Part shown: in pieces, positions 18,401 to 27,428 of the stretch
Position numbering within the stretch: position 1 is the first letter of the stretch
Layout of the letters: each line of letters opens with the position of its first letter
DNA from: Thermoproteota archaeon
GTDB lineage: Archaea > Korarchaeota > Korarchaeia > Korarchaeales > JAOZGB01
Direction: 5' to 3'
Length of the DNA: 64,000 nt
NCBI GenBank assembly: GCA_037917685.1
Contig: JAVCBU010000003.1
Location: 160,001-224,000 of the forward strand
Notes under the pieces: generated by a model
Seen by the model: the letters and a program-made list of their open reading frames with translations, nothing else
Told to the model about the DNA's origin: nothing
Databases searched by the model: none
Translations under genes and position numbers: made by a program

Positions 18401-20548
18401 AAATATTATGGTGTAGAGCACCATTGCTGAGGGCAGTGCTATCGGTACTTGTAGGAGCAGGCCTATGGCGACGAGAACCTTTCCCCGGCTCTTCCTCCCG
18501 GTCAGTAAGTAGTATAGCCCTGCAAGTAGTGCAATCGTTGGTGTAGCTGCGACACCTGATATGCCGGCTAATATCATGGCTGTGTTTATCCTTTTTTGAA
18601 GGTTTTCAGCCCTTTGAATCTCCATCTGCAGGCTTGAAAACTCGTTTACGGACTCAAGTTCATGTATCTCCCACTGTACTTCCTGATACTCCTCTGAAAG
18701 CGTGTAGAAAACCTCTTCGAAGCCCGGCCTCTGCTCTGCCAGGGCGAGGAGCGAGCTGTCCACTATGGATATGCAAACTACGCAGTCTCTAACTTCGTTC
18801 CCGTCAGCGTCTGAAACCGCTATTCTGATGCGGCAGTCTTCACCCGGCAGGTATTCATCCTTGTCGGGCTCAACCTCTACCTTCATATCCCTCTTAGGCT
18901 GGACGTCAACCTTTAACCAGTCTGCGTAGAACTCCATGTCAGGGCCTATGGCGTAGGCCCTTACCAGGACGTAGGGTGCGTAGGTGTCTAATGCTACAAT
19001 TTTAAACTCTGCAACCCCGTCTTCAAGCCTTTCCGAACCAGTGTATAGTGTTGACTTGTCCAGTGGGCTTATTACATCCAGGTAAACCCATTTCGAGCTG
19101 ACATTTAGGCTTGGCTCCTTAACAAGTACCTTTATGTCCATCTCTTCACCCACCTTGTAGGATGGCTTGTCGCTTCTAACCCATACTATAAACCTTTCAC
19201 CCATGGTTTTCGACCTGAAGCTGAAGCTGTACTCCCCATAGTACCCCTGAGCATCAAGGCATCTGGCTAGGAGCATGATCTCCCCGGTGTCCGGCGGCGC
19301 TATAGACAGTGATGCTACCCCGGCCTGGTCTGTTAGGAGGGTGTGCCTGGACAGGAGGCTTCCGTTCCCGGTGAGCACCTCAACATTTAACGTTGTATTC
19401 CCTACAGGTTTACCATCGGGATATCTGACCACGAAGTATATTGGGTAATCTTCTCCGGGCATGAACTCTTTCTTCAACGTTACAGCTCCAACTATGAATG
19501 GTGTGTCACTTATCACAAGCTTCCTGGATGCCGTCTCTACATGTCCTGAGCCGTCGATCACGCTTGCATTCACCACGATCTCAGCCTTCCCTCTTGAAAT
19601 GTCCAGGCCTACCAGGTATGATGGTGCATCAAACGTGAAGCTCATAAGGCCTTCCCTGTTTGTGCTACCATAGTACTGCCACACAGTTGTCCATTCCCCG
19701 GTGTATGCCTGCACGCTTAAAGTTACGTTTCCAACTACGGGCTTACCGAAGAAGTATGAAGCGTTAACCCTTCCATAGATCTTCTCGCCTAGAAGATACC
19801 ACTTCTTCTGGAATTCAAGCTCAACCTTGAACTTGGGAAGGACGTATTCCCTGATGTTCACAGTAACTTCCTGTGTATAGTCTCCTATCTCAACCCTAAC
19901 CCTATATCTACCCTGTTTCAGCTCTTTTGAAAGCGGTATGTTGCAGAAGGCAACGCCATACTCGTCCGTTTTAAGGAATCGCTTAAATACCCTTACACCG
20001 TCGGGGTTTACAAGGCTAACTGTAAGGCTGGTGTTTGGGCAGGCCCTATAATCCCCGTTCGCCTCCCAGACCAGCGCTCTAAAATGTAGAGTCTGACCCG
20101 GCTGGTACCAAGGTTTATCGGTGGTTATAAGAACCCGGAAAGACCTCCGGATCCTAACTGGAACCTCAACCCTTCCCTCCATGACACCTGAAGCCTTCAC
20201 CACAAGCTTGTAGGCACCCGGTTCGATGTTTGGCACCCTAAGTGACGCGTAGAGCGAACCATCATCGCCGGTTAAACCTTTAAATACCGGTGCAACCTTT
20301 GACCCGTTACTGTTAACAAGGTAAGCCTCCACCCTAGAGCTGACCGGGTTAGAGGCCGCCATGCTGAATGTCAAAACCTTCACAGATACGTTTCTACCTG
20401 GAACCCAGATTTCTGGGGCAACCACGCTTACGCCAGGCTTCAATACAAGCAAAAGCCTTCCAGTGTTGGACAATAGTAAAACCATGGTGAAAAACACCAA
20501 TACAGCGAGAATAACCTTCCTTTCCATACAATTCTTCCACCCCTGCAA
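15461..20548 (-). CDS. Alpha-2-macroglobulin-family thioester-containing protein, membrane-anchored
   Basis: TDKPWYQPGQ, EYVLPKF, VRWFFPETLFW, DFFVEPDIP, thioester PGGCNEQ, TTSDT, C-terminal IGLPPGF...VQDYYNPE. Confidence 0.93.
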   Translation of the reverse strand: MQGWKNCMERKVILAVLVFFTMVLLLSNTGRLLLVLKPGVSVVAPEIWVPGRNVSVKVLTFSMAASNPVSSRVEAYLVNSNGSKVAPVFKGLTGDDGSLYASLRVPNIEPGAYKLVVKASGVMEGRVEVPVRIRRSFRVLITTDKPWYQPGQTLHFRALVWEANGDYRACPNTSLTVSLVNPDGVRVFKRFLKTDEYGVAFCNIPLSKELKQGRYRVRVEIGDYTQEVTVNIREYVLPKFKVELEFQKKWYLLGEKIYGRVNASYFFGKPVVGNVTLSVQAYTGEWTTVWQYYGSTNREGLMSFTFDAPSYLVGLDISRGKAEIVVNASVIDGSGHVETASRKLVISDTPFIVGAVTLKKEFMPGEDYPIYFVVRYPDGKPVGNTTLNVEVLTGNGSLLSRHTLLTDQAGVASLSIAPPDTGEIMLLARCLDAQGYYGEYSFSFRSKTMGERFIVWVRSDKPSYKVGEEMDIKVLVKEPSLNVSSKWVYLDVISPLDKSTLYTGSERLEDGVAEFKIVALDTYAPYVLVRAYAIGPDMEFYADWLKVDVQPKRDMKVEVEPDKDEYLPGEDCRIRIAVSDADGNEVRDCVVCISIVDSSLLALAEQRPGFEEVFYTLSEEYQEVQWEIHELESVNEFSSLQMEIQRAENLQKRINTAMILAGISGVAATPTIALLAGLYYLLTGRKSRGKVLVAIGLLLQVPIALPSAMVLYTIIFRPRGGILVERWGVPRPVMMGPEFVRKGVAPEVAGGDQEVYEEASSREAGSAAQEVRWFFPETLFWSPSLPVSGHAEVNLVMAHTITTWSVKAIASTKDGRIAVGQGSIRVFKDFFVEPDIPLRLTQDDEISLRVAVYNYAGRELNATLRIKPEKWFRLLDDGGKRVTVPANSVMGVYWRIKALEPGLHYLTVYAEAADRLDAVRRQVKVEPNGLPMEINRNGDLKSDVSEAFLVHPKAIRNATEAFVRISPGYESMFIGGLEALIGFPGGCNEQVSSRLIPDILILNYLDREGKLTPELRAKLEAYAQTGLQTLVSRQHPSGGMGWYATDEDNLGMSAWILNTFGEAEKAGFDIDDRVVERLQAWIMEQQNQDGSFPPVGFYGHGSYKPDEFVMTGFVLRGLLRSGVPPENPKVAKALNYLRSRVLHDRIEDSYGLALSIVCFKLADVPEGDQALEKAVSSLLSLAVEDEYGIHFPKGSSFAGDTENTAYAGIALVMAGGHHDMVRKIVDWLVKHRSPGGWIRTTSDTCGFLELLVRIAERKGVAEADATITITVNGLLAYSEHVTPETSDVERIFPIAAWLRTGMNNVTIRLTGKGLFMYQLVVRQWLRDNVTCLATPLNQRARRGEIFQLNVTVTPPGGDLTPVMVRVTVRPPMGLQVLGGGTRYITELREPETVTLYFKAEEEGTYTINPTVEYMLLYQGRYGGNLKAEANPAMVSIAGEGVERRITVEKHVETIAGIPVTMVGVPVKVRLTVTNREHRTLTLRIRDPLPAGFISNTSPSQLDKGVLTFHVTVEPGGTAVIEYEATGLIPGDYIFPGPAALIEGRPVAVGNPVGITVSDKPLIIRRELDSTMISQGGTVTVKVYVAYLGIPSITGQLPTINMLFITIGLPPGFTVNITSLEEAISTSPYLERYEVHSPTRIDFLTGAIKPGVTFTFQFKIQAKYPLKATVPPASVQDYYNPENRYQTSSQTILVTQ

Positions 20549-20659
20549 ATTGGATTAAAAGTTATACTATAACTTCAACAAACGTTAAACCATAACCCCT
20601 AAGCCTAAGCTCCCCACAAGAACTACATATTATCCATAGTCTAGCCGTGGGGAAGCAGG

Positions 20660-20726
20660 AAATGTAAAGAATGAGGTTAAATGAATGAGGTTAAATGATG
20701 ATAAATGTAAAGAATGAGGTTAAATG
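20660..20726 (+). repeat. Short nested direct repeats
   Basis: aatgaggttaaatg x3; aaatgtaaagaatgaggttaaatg x2 (20660-20683 and 20703-20726). Confidence 0.8.
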
Positions 20727-21040
20727 GTTGGTTCAGCAGGGTACATATACTGTTTTTCATTGCCATCCCATTTCTCAGATATTGAGTACTCTGGAAATCT
20801 CCTAGTGTTAAACAGGCACTGGCAAAGCGGATGTGGGGCAAATATATCTCCATAGTATGCCAGGCTAGCTATTCTGCATCGGCCTGCGCATAAATCCTTC
20901 ACGTTGCATATCTCACATACACCCTTTAAACGGCTCTCTATGTTCCTGTGGAGTTCACTCTAAGTTCGTTAAGGTTCTTCCTATACATGACCGTCTCCCC
21001 TTATGATTTCATGCGAAGCCTTGGTAGCTTGATGTTTTTA
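20720..21040 (-). pseudogene. Internally deleted radical SAM/SPASM maturase
   Basis: Fragments ATKASHEIIRGDG, VMYRKNLNEL and LKGVCEICNVKDLCAGRCRIASLAYYGDIFAPHPLCQ. Confidence 0.8.
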
Positions 21041-21068
21041 TAGAAACGTTGTATAAACGCATCACCAA

Positions 21069-21280
21069 ATTATAACTGCATCCACTATCACATATTAACC
21101 CATATCGCAACCTACGCCGCAAATTCCAGTTTCTTTTATTAGTTCTTTAACTCCTTTCTTTTATCCCTCAACGCTTTCCTCACCCCATGGAGCACCTTGC
21201 TCACAACCTGGTATACGCTTCAATCCGGATGAGCATCCAATACTACAGGTTGGTTGCATCACTACTATATTCTTAAACAT
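21069..21280 (-). pseudogene. Decayed tandem Cys-motif peptide genes (candidate RiPP precursors)
   Basis: MFKNIVVMQPTCSIGCSSGLKRIPGCEQGAPWGEESVEG* (21280-21161), then IKETGICGVGCDMG and, one frame over, LICDSGCSYN. Confidence 0.55.
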
Positions 21281-21389
21281 GTCCTTTCCATCCTTTATTT
21301 TGGGTCAATGGGGTACTTATCCCTTTTATATAAATTGATCTGATAACTGGTTTAGCGAAAGTTTTAAAGGATGAGAGGTCTACCTGTGT

Positions 21390-23045
21390 GTGGAAAGGCT
21401 GGTTTTACTGGTCATTATCCTGTTCGGGTTTCCCCTTTACGGCTGGCAGCCTCCGCTTTCAGCGTCGGGTGTGATATATCCAAGACTTGGGATGCCGGCG
21501 TTTATCCAGCCGTTTGGAACGTTAAACATAACCTATACTGGGATGGAGGTTCAGAGTGTTAAGGCATACAATTTAACCCATGAAGTCCAGCTTGAAGTAC
21601 TGGAAAAGATGGAAGGCGTGGATTTCAACGTGTTGACCGTAAGGCTTCCTGAAGGCCTCACACTTGGACTCTATGGTTTAAGGTTGCGTACAGACGGCGG
21701 CCTGATGGATGAACCCAACTGCCTCTGTGTATGGACCCCAGATGACGATATCCTAATTTTGCATGCTACAGATCTCCACTTCTCCACGGTCAGGGAGAAG
21801 ATGGGTATAGAAACCTATAGCCCGAGATACTATCTTAACATGCTTATCCAGGAGGCGAATGCGTTAAAGCCTGACCTAGTAATTATGACAGGAGACAATA
21901 CTGACAGCCAACTAGAGGAAGACCATGCAGAGTTCAGGAGGCTCCTAGCCGATTTTAGCGTACCTATCATCCTGGTTATCGGCAACCATGACTTCCAGAG
22001 GCTGAGCCCGGAGCTTTTCATAACCTACCAGGGGCCTGACCATGGAGTCGTAGACCTAGGCTGGCTGTCCATATATACCATAAGCACGGACGACGGCAAG
22101 ATTGTAAGAGAGCATCTAAACTGGTTGAACAAGAGCCTCCAGGAGAACGATGATAGGAAGATCGTGTGCTTCCACCATCCCCCAGTAAGCCTTAACGAGT
22201 CTGATTCTGCCGGCCTAATTAAACTGTTAAGGATCCTATCCCAGGGAGGGGTTGAAATATGCCTCCACGGACACATGCATGTAGACATGGTTGAAAAATA
22301 CGATGGTGTAACATACGTAACAACAGAATCTATCACCTACTCCCAGAAGCACCACTGCAGGCTAATAAAGATCGTGAAAGACAGACCTATAGACTACGAG
22401 ACACTCTACACCCTTGGAAGCTTCCTCACGGTCTCCACCGCAAATGACGGAAGCATGCAGGCCTATATAGCTAAGGCTTCAAACCCCACCGGAGAGGAGA
22501 TAGAGCTGTATCCAACAGTTAAACTATCATGGATGGACAAAGAACCTGTCTTTGAAGGCGCGGAGCCGATGAGAACCTTCAAGGTGGGAAACACTGAAGT
22601 TGCGGTGCTTAAAGTACGCGTTAAACCAGGGGAGGAGAAAACAATTAGAGCATACTACTCGCTGGACAAGACAAACCCGGTGATAGAGAATCCTACGGTG
22701 AGCATAGCTGAAGATAAACTGAATATATCCTTCTCAGCGGTTGACCATGAGTGGGGGGTCATGGATGTCAAAATAGAGGTTGCAGGCGATGCAACATCAT
22801 CCCAGACAGTGAAACCGAGGGACAGCCAGGTATCAACTATGGTAAAGGTTGGAGACAAATGGAAGAAGCTAACGGTAAACATAATAGTTACAGATTATGC
22901 TGGAAACACCGCAACATGGAGCAGGGAAATAGAGAGGGGGGATAGGAGGGTTCTCCTCGCCGCAACCATAGTGGCCTTAGTAGCAGGCATAGTAGCAGGT
23001 GTCATGATAAAAAGGGCTAAAGCAGAAGCTCAGGCTAGCAGGTAG
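21390..23045 (+). CDS. Extracellular calcineurin-like metallophosphoesterase with C-terminal TM anchor
   Basis: DLH, GDNTD, GNHD, HHP and GHMH motifs; signal peptide. Confidence 0.9.
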   Translation: MERLVLLVIILFGFPLYGWQPPLSASGVIYPRLGMPAFIQPFGTLNITYTGMEVQSVKAYNLTHEVQLEVLEKMEGVDFNVLTVRLPEGLTLGLYGLRLRTDGGLMDEPNCLCVWTPDDDILILHATDLHFSTVREKMGIETYSPRYYLNMLIQEANALKPDLVIMTGDNTDSQLEEDHAEFRRLLADFSVPIILVIGNHDFQRLSPELFITYQGPDHGVVDLGWLSIYTISTDDGKIVREHLNWLNKSLQENDDRKIVCFHHPPVSLNESDSAGLIKLLRILSQGGVEICLHGHMHVDMVEKYDGVTYVTTESITYSQKHHCRLIKIVKDRPIDYETLYTLGSFLTVSTANDGSMQAYIAKASNPTGEEIELYPTVKLSWMDKEPVFEGAEPMRTFKVGNTEVAVLKVRVKPGEEKTIRAYYSLDKTNPVIENPTVSIAEDKLNISFSAVDHEWGVMDVKIEVAGDATSSQTVKPRDSQVSTMVKVGDKWKKLTVNIIVTDYAGNTATWSREIERGDRRVLLAATIVALVAGIVAGVMIKRAKAEAQASR

Positions 23046-23055
23046 GTCAAAAGCC

Positions 23056-24108
23056 ATGGATAGGTTCAAGCCGGTATGGCTAGACTCCCTCGGGGCTAAA
23101 AGCTTCTGCATCATGGTAACAACCCAGGACTGCTCTCTACTTATAGACCCTGGAGTCTCTGTCATGCACCCCAGCTTTCCAGCCACGGATGAGGATAAGA
23201 TTAAATGGCTTACTCAAGGGAGGCAATCCATCAAGGAAGCCGCAGGGAAAGCCGACGTAGTAATTATCTCCCACTACCACTACGACCACTTCTCCCCTGA
23301 CGACATGAGCATCTACGAGGGGAAACTACTACTCGTAAAGAATCCCAACTGCTACATCAACGACTCCCAGCGTGAAAGAGCATATAGGTTCTTCCAAAAG
23401 CTTTACAAAACATACGGAGTAAACATGGATGATGTATTACAAAATCCTAAGCCTGCTGACTATTCCAATCCTTTATCCACGCTACCCCTTGCGATGAGTA
23501 GAGACTATGGAGACTACAAGGAGAGAAAGATGGAACTATTGGAAAAGGGGTTAAAATGGTTTAAACGCCGGGTGGAGAAGTGGAACAGCTATAAACAAAT
23601 CCCTGAGATAAACATGGGCAAGCTGAAGGTTAGATTTGCAGATGGGAAAACGATAAGGATCGGCGACACTAAAATATCGTTTTCAAAACCTCTGTTTCAC
23701 GGAATCGAGTTTTCAAGGGTTGGATGGGTCTTCATGACGATAGTAGAGCACAAAGGGTGGAAACTAATCCACACAAGCGATTTGAACGGGCCAATAATCG
23801 AAGACTACGCAGATTTAGTGATCAAAGAGAACCCTGACGTTCTCTTCATAGACGGTCCAATGACATATATGTATGGCTACACTCTGAACAGGATAAACCT
23901 GAATAGGGCAGTAGAAAATGCTGCAAGGATTGTAAAAGAGACGGATACAAAACTAATAATCTATGACCACCACCTGCCAAGAGAGCCCAAATTCAGGGAG
24001 CACACAATGAAAGTGTGGGAAACAGCAGGGCAAGAAGGGAAAAGAGTATTAACAGCAGCAGAATATCTCGGCTTAAAACCTAGAGTCCTACTGTCCTTTA
24101 GGGGATAG
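23056..24108 (+). CDS. MBL-fold metallo-hydrolase (UPF0282-like)
   Basis: DSLGAKS, IDPG, SHYHYDH, HTSD, YDHHLPR. Confidence 0.85.
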   Translation: MDRFKPVWLDSLGAKSFCIMVTTQDCSLLIDPGVSVMHPSFPATDEDKIKWLTQGRQSIKEAAGKADVVIISHYHYDHFSPDDMSIYEGKLLLVKNPNCYINDSQRERAYRFFQKLYKTYGVNMDDVLQNPKPADYSNPLSTLPLAMSRDYGDYKERKMELLEKGLKWFKRRVEKWNSYKQIPEINMGKLKVRFADGKTIRIGDTKISFSKPLFHGIEFSRVGWVFMTIVEHKGWKLIHTSDLNGPIIEDYADLVIKENPDVLFIDGPMTYMYGYTLNRINLNRAVENAARIVKETDTKLIIYDHHLPREPKFREHTMKVWETAGQEGKRVLTAAEYLGLKPRVLLSFRG

Positions 24109-24120
24109 TAACCTAATGAT

Positions 24121-24312
24121 TCAGAGTGTTCCAAGGTTATCGTCTCTGCGTGGAACATGTAGTCTAAGCCTGGATGCATACTCCTCCACGGCCTTTCTAA
24201 CAGAAAAATAACATGCAGAAGCGCATTTATTCAGGCATCCATGTGAAAAATCCGATTCAGCCTCCTCAAGCAGTAGAAGCGGCTTCCATGAACTTTTCAA
24301 TTGTTGGGTCAC
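24121..24312 (-). pseudogene. HEPN-domain toxin, truncated
   Basis: LEEAESDFSHGCLNKCASACYFSVRKAVE; directly downstream of an MNT-like gene. Confidence 0.6.
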
Positions 24313-24568
24313 CCTTCTGGACTATCATGTAGCTTATCGTAGACCTGTACCTCTCATTAGTCTCCAATGCCGCCTTTGCCACAGCCATACTGGTGTCTCT
24401 GTCAAGCCTATCCACAACCACCAACACATTAGAATCCATGAAGTATGCATCAGGGTTTGGAGACGCCACGACCTCAATTATCCCTTCATCAAGACCTCTC
24501 CTAAGCTCCCGGGCAAACTCGTGAAGCATCTCCCGCCAGTCATTCCGAAAATCTAGAACTAAGGCCAT
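24266..24568 (-). CDS. Divergent MNT-like antitoxin
   Basis: DSNVLVVVDR; about 100 aa; paired with the HEPN fragment. Confidence 0.55.
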   Translation of the reverse strand: MALVLDFRNDWREMLHEFARELRRGLDEGIIEVVASPNPDAYFMDSNVLVVVDRLDRDTSMAVAKAALETNERYRSTISYMIVQKGDPTIEKFMEAASTA

Positions 24569-24846
24569 ACAATCATTAGTAAGCTCCAGGGAATATTAAA
24601 TCTAAGTATACCTAGTGGAATAGTATAGAGTCGGGAGGGCTAAGCTACATCTTTAAATCTCCTCAAATCGCTCTGTTACCACATTCAAACCTTTAAACAA
24701 CTAGGAGAATAGCATCCGCAAATCCTACTTCTATACCGAGATTAAAAGAACTCAGCAGCAAGTCCGCAATACGCGTTGGTAACCCCGAGAGGAAACTGTT
24801 AAAAACAGGATTGATCTGTCCTTAAATTGTTCAGTTCTAGCTTTGC

Positions 24847-25604
24847 ATGGTAAAGCCTAGCCCCGTTACTGACCTCCAATGGAAGAGTCCACCTGTTATA
24901 GGTGGACTATTAACAGGTAGTCAAAGCGTCCTATCGGTCGGATTTGACAACATAGGTGATGTAGCCTCATCGTATTTCGCATGGAGGTTTTCAGAGGAAG
25001 CTTTGAAACCTCCAGACTCGGAGCATCACTATGGAACACCTAAGACTTGACGCTGCGTCGGGTGTCCTAACTTCATCTCTTATGCTGGCTTCAGGCCTCC
25101 TACCGTCTTATATTATACTTGAGAATGTACGCTTGAACCACCTAGCCGTCAAGCTTGAAGCTTCAGGTGTGGCTCTACTATCACTCAGCCTGAACGCTGT
25201 AAGACTAAAGATTTATACAAGGACTTGTAGGCTTTCTTGGAGCCCTACTTGGATCCGTAGTCTCTCCAATGTTAGATACCGCCTGCGGGATCCTAATACT
25301 AACATATATTCTACTCAGCCCTGAACTCTTTCAAAGGGTGTTTACAGCTGTATACGACATTTCATCTGATGAAAATGTTGTTAACAGTATTTCAAGATCT
25401 ATAAGTAATGTTGAAGGAGTGGAGTCACACCACAAACTCAGATGTAGACTTGTAGGCAAATACGTCTATGTGGACGTTCACATATTAGTTAACCCAAACC
25501 ATAGCGTTGAAAAATTCCATGAAATAGCCACAAAGGTCGCAGAGAAGGTTAAAGATGAAAATCCTATGGTTAAAGATGTAGTGGTTCACATAGAGCCAGC
25601 ATAA
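24847..25604 (+). pseudogene. Cation diffusion facilitator (CDF) transporter, multiply frameshifted
   Basis: GSQSVLS.GFDNIGD, KPPDSEHHYG, and C-terminal HKLRCRLVG..VYVDVHI...VVVHIEP spread over three ORFs. Confidence 0.85.
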
Positions 25605-25703
25605 ACCTTAAACCGCATGTAAAGATGAAACCCGCGGACAATCTGTCAGTGTTAGACATCCAAGCCGACAAGGAGAAAACAGGAATTACCCTAACTGCAG
25701 ATA

Positions 25704-26489
25704 TTAAATCAGAGAAAGCGTTAGCGCCGCTATAGAAAATAGTTTTCTCGATATTGCTTCCTTCTCCCCTTTTCCTCTCTTCCTGTAGTACCATCTTCTC
25801 CGGGTAAGTCTGTCCCCAGCGTAGAATAGGGCTGCAAGCCTAACATTTCTATACATGGCAACCGCGAAACATGCTGATGCTTCCATGTCAACACATACTG
25901 CTCCCATCTCCCTGAACTTTAATATTCTCCGAGGAGTCTCCCTGTAAGGAGCATCCGTCGTCCAAACTCTTCCTAAGTGAAATTTTATATTCAGCCTTTC
26001 GCAGGCTTTTTTAAGCCCCTCCACTAAGCCTGGTGATGGCTTCGCCTCAACCTGTGGTGGCAGGTAGTGGTAGGAAGTTCCTTCGTCTCTAATTGACCCT
26101 GTTGGAATTATTATTTCCCCCACGGGTATCTTTCTTAAAACACCAGCTCCCCCAATCAAGATGAACTCCCTACCTCCCATGAATATAAGCTCCTCAAGGG
26201 TGGTAGCTGCCATTGGGGCCCCAATGGTGATAAACATGAAACCTATAGGTGGCTTTCCCCCTATTATGTATAGGTTAGGGTACCATTCTACACTATAACC
26301 TATCTTTTCAACCATATTCTTAAGATTCCTCATGTATTCAAAGGTTAAAACATACTTCTTGACATTTGAAAGTTCCTCTACCTTCCTGTGGCGTTCGGCA
26401 ACCCTAAACCAGTCGCTTGGCGATATGACTCCGTCCTGGTCGAGATCCTTGATAAACAACGGAATATCAGGATAAACTCTAGGCCTCAC
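25704..26489 (-). CDS. Nucleoside phosphorylase (PNP/UDP family)
   Basis: IGAP, GGAG, RDEGTSYHY, WTTDAPYRET, VDMEASA. Confidence 0.9.
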   Translation of the reverse strand: MRPRVYPDIPLFIKDLDQDGVISPSDWFRVAERHRKVEELSNVKKYVLTFEYMRNLKNMVEKIGYSVEWYPNLYIIGGKPPIGFMFITIGAPMAATTLEELIFMGGREFILIGGAGVLRKIPVGEIIIPTGSIRDEGTSYHYLPPQVEAKPSPGLVEGLKKACERLNIKFHLGRVWTTDAPYRETPRRILKFREMGAVCVDMEASACFAVAMYRNVRLAALFYAGDRLTRRRWYYRKRGKGEKEAISRKLFSIAALTLSLI

Positions 26490-26566
26490 ACGTGGAAGAA
26501 GATACTACGAAAATAAATAAGTTGCTGGATATCCCGATCATCCCTCACCGTTAACTTCTTAGTTGT

Positions 26567-27223
26567 TTAGCAGTGATATACTCCGATCGAGACTTCTTTA
26601 CTATCAATCCTTCTAAGCTTCGCAGCTATCTCTCTGGGCAGCAGGTCCCCTACCCATCCTATCCACCTCAATCTGAAGATATTTATTAGGCGTAGAACTC
26701 TAAGCACGTCTCTATAGGTGTAGAAGATTATCTTTCCTTTCGGCCTGCAAGCCTTTATCAGCTTATCTATCATTTCTTCAAGATCGTCAGCCAGAACATT
26801 GTAAGGGTCGAAAAATATGAAGTCGAAGGTTTTAGTTCCAAGATCTATGTCAACTATGTTCCCAACAGTAAAATTTCTGGCATACTCGGGCAGAATAGTT
26901 TGTCTAGCCTGCCTGATTGATTCCTCGATGAAGTCAATACCATAGGGTACTATTTTGTACTTGCTTCTCGTAAGAAGGTGACGTAGCATAAGCCCATTTC
27001 CACAGCCAAGGTCAATAACCTTCCCGTCATGATCTATTAGGCTGAGAAAAATGTTATAGATCTCCTCAGGGTAACTCCTGAAACCATTTGGCATAAGTAT
27101 GTCCGACCCGTCATTGTTCTTCCAGTACATTTCCCACAACCCACGTTTTCTTGCACTATAGAACTTCTCCCTATCTTTCATATCTACTGATGATATCATG
27201 TAACTGTTATATAAAACTGGCAA
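26567..27223 (-). CDS. Class I SAM-dependent methyltransferase
   Basis: VIDLGCGNG, YGIDF, FDFIFFDP. Confidence 0.85.
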   Translation of the reverse strand: MPVLYNSYMISSVDMKDREKFYSARKRGLWEMYWKNNDGSDILMPNGFRSYPEEIYNIFLSLIDHDGKVIDLGCGNGLMLRHLLTRSKYKIVPYGIDFIEESIRQARQTILPEYARNFTVGNIVDIDLGTKTFDFIFFDPYNVLADDLEEMIDKLIKACRPKGKIIFYTYRDVLRVLRLINIFRLRWIGWVGDLLPREIAAKLRRIDSKEVSIGVYHC

Positions 27224-27428
27224 ATGTAGGTTGGAGGCAGGCTATCTCTAGTGTGGTCGATTTAAGCGTCTTTAGGAGGATCTTAAAATTTTACTCCTAC
27301 TCCTATTATACAGCCATACCTAACGCTCTAAACTCTTACTACAATGTTCACATGTAACTTCACTTCTAATCTAAAATAGTAATGCTACCTAACCCGTAAA
27401 GCAATACAGTTTTAAGTATTAATTCTTT

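Noticed and set aside
15552-19673. Numerous plus-strand ORFs inside the A2M gene, and similar antisense ORFs across the window
   Set aside because: Antisense shadows of well-supported genes
20609-20656. gctccccac...gtggggaagc as a second IS605-type end
   Set aside because: Short, imperfect and lacking the full hairpin; too weak to call
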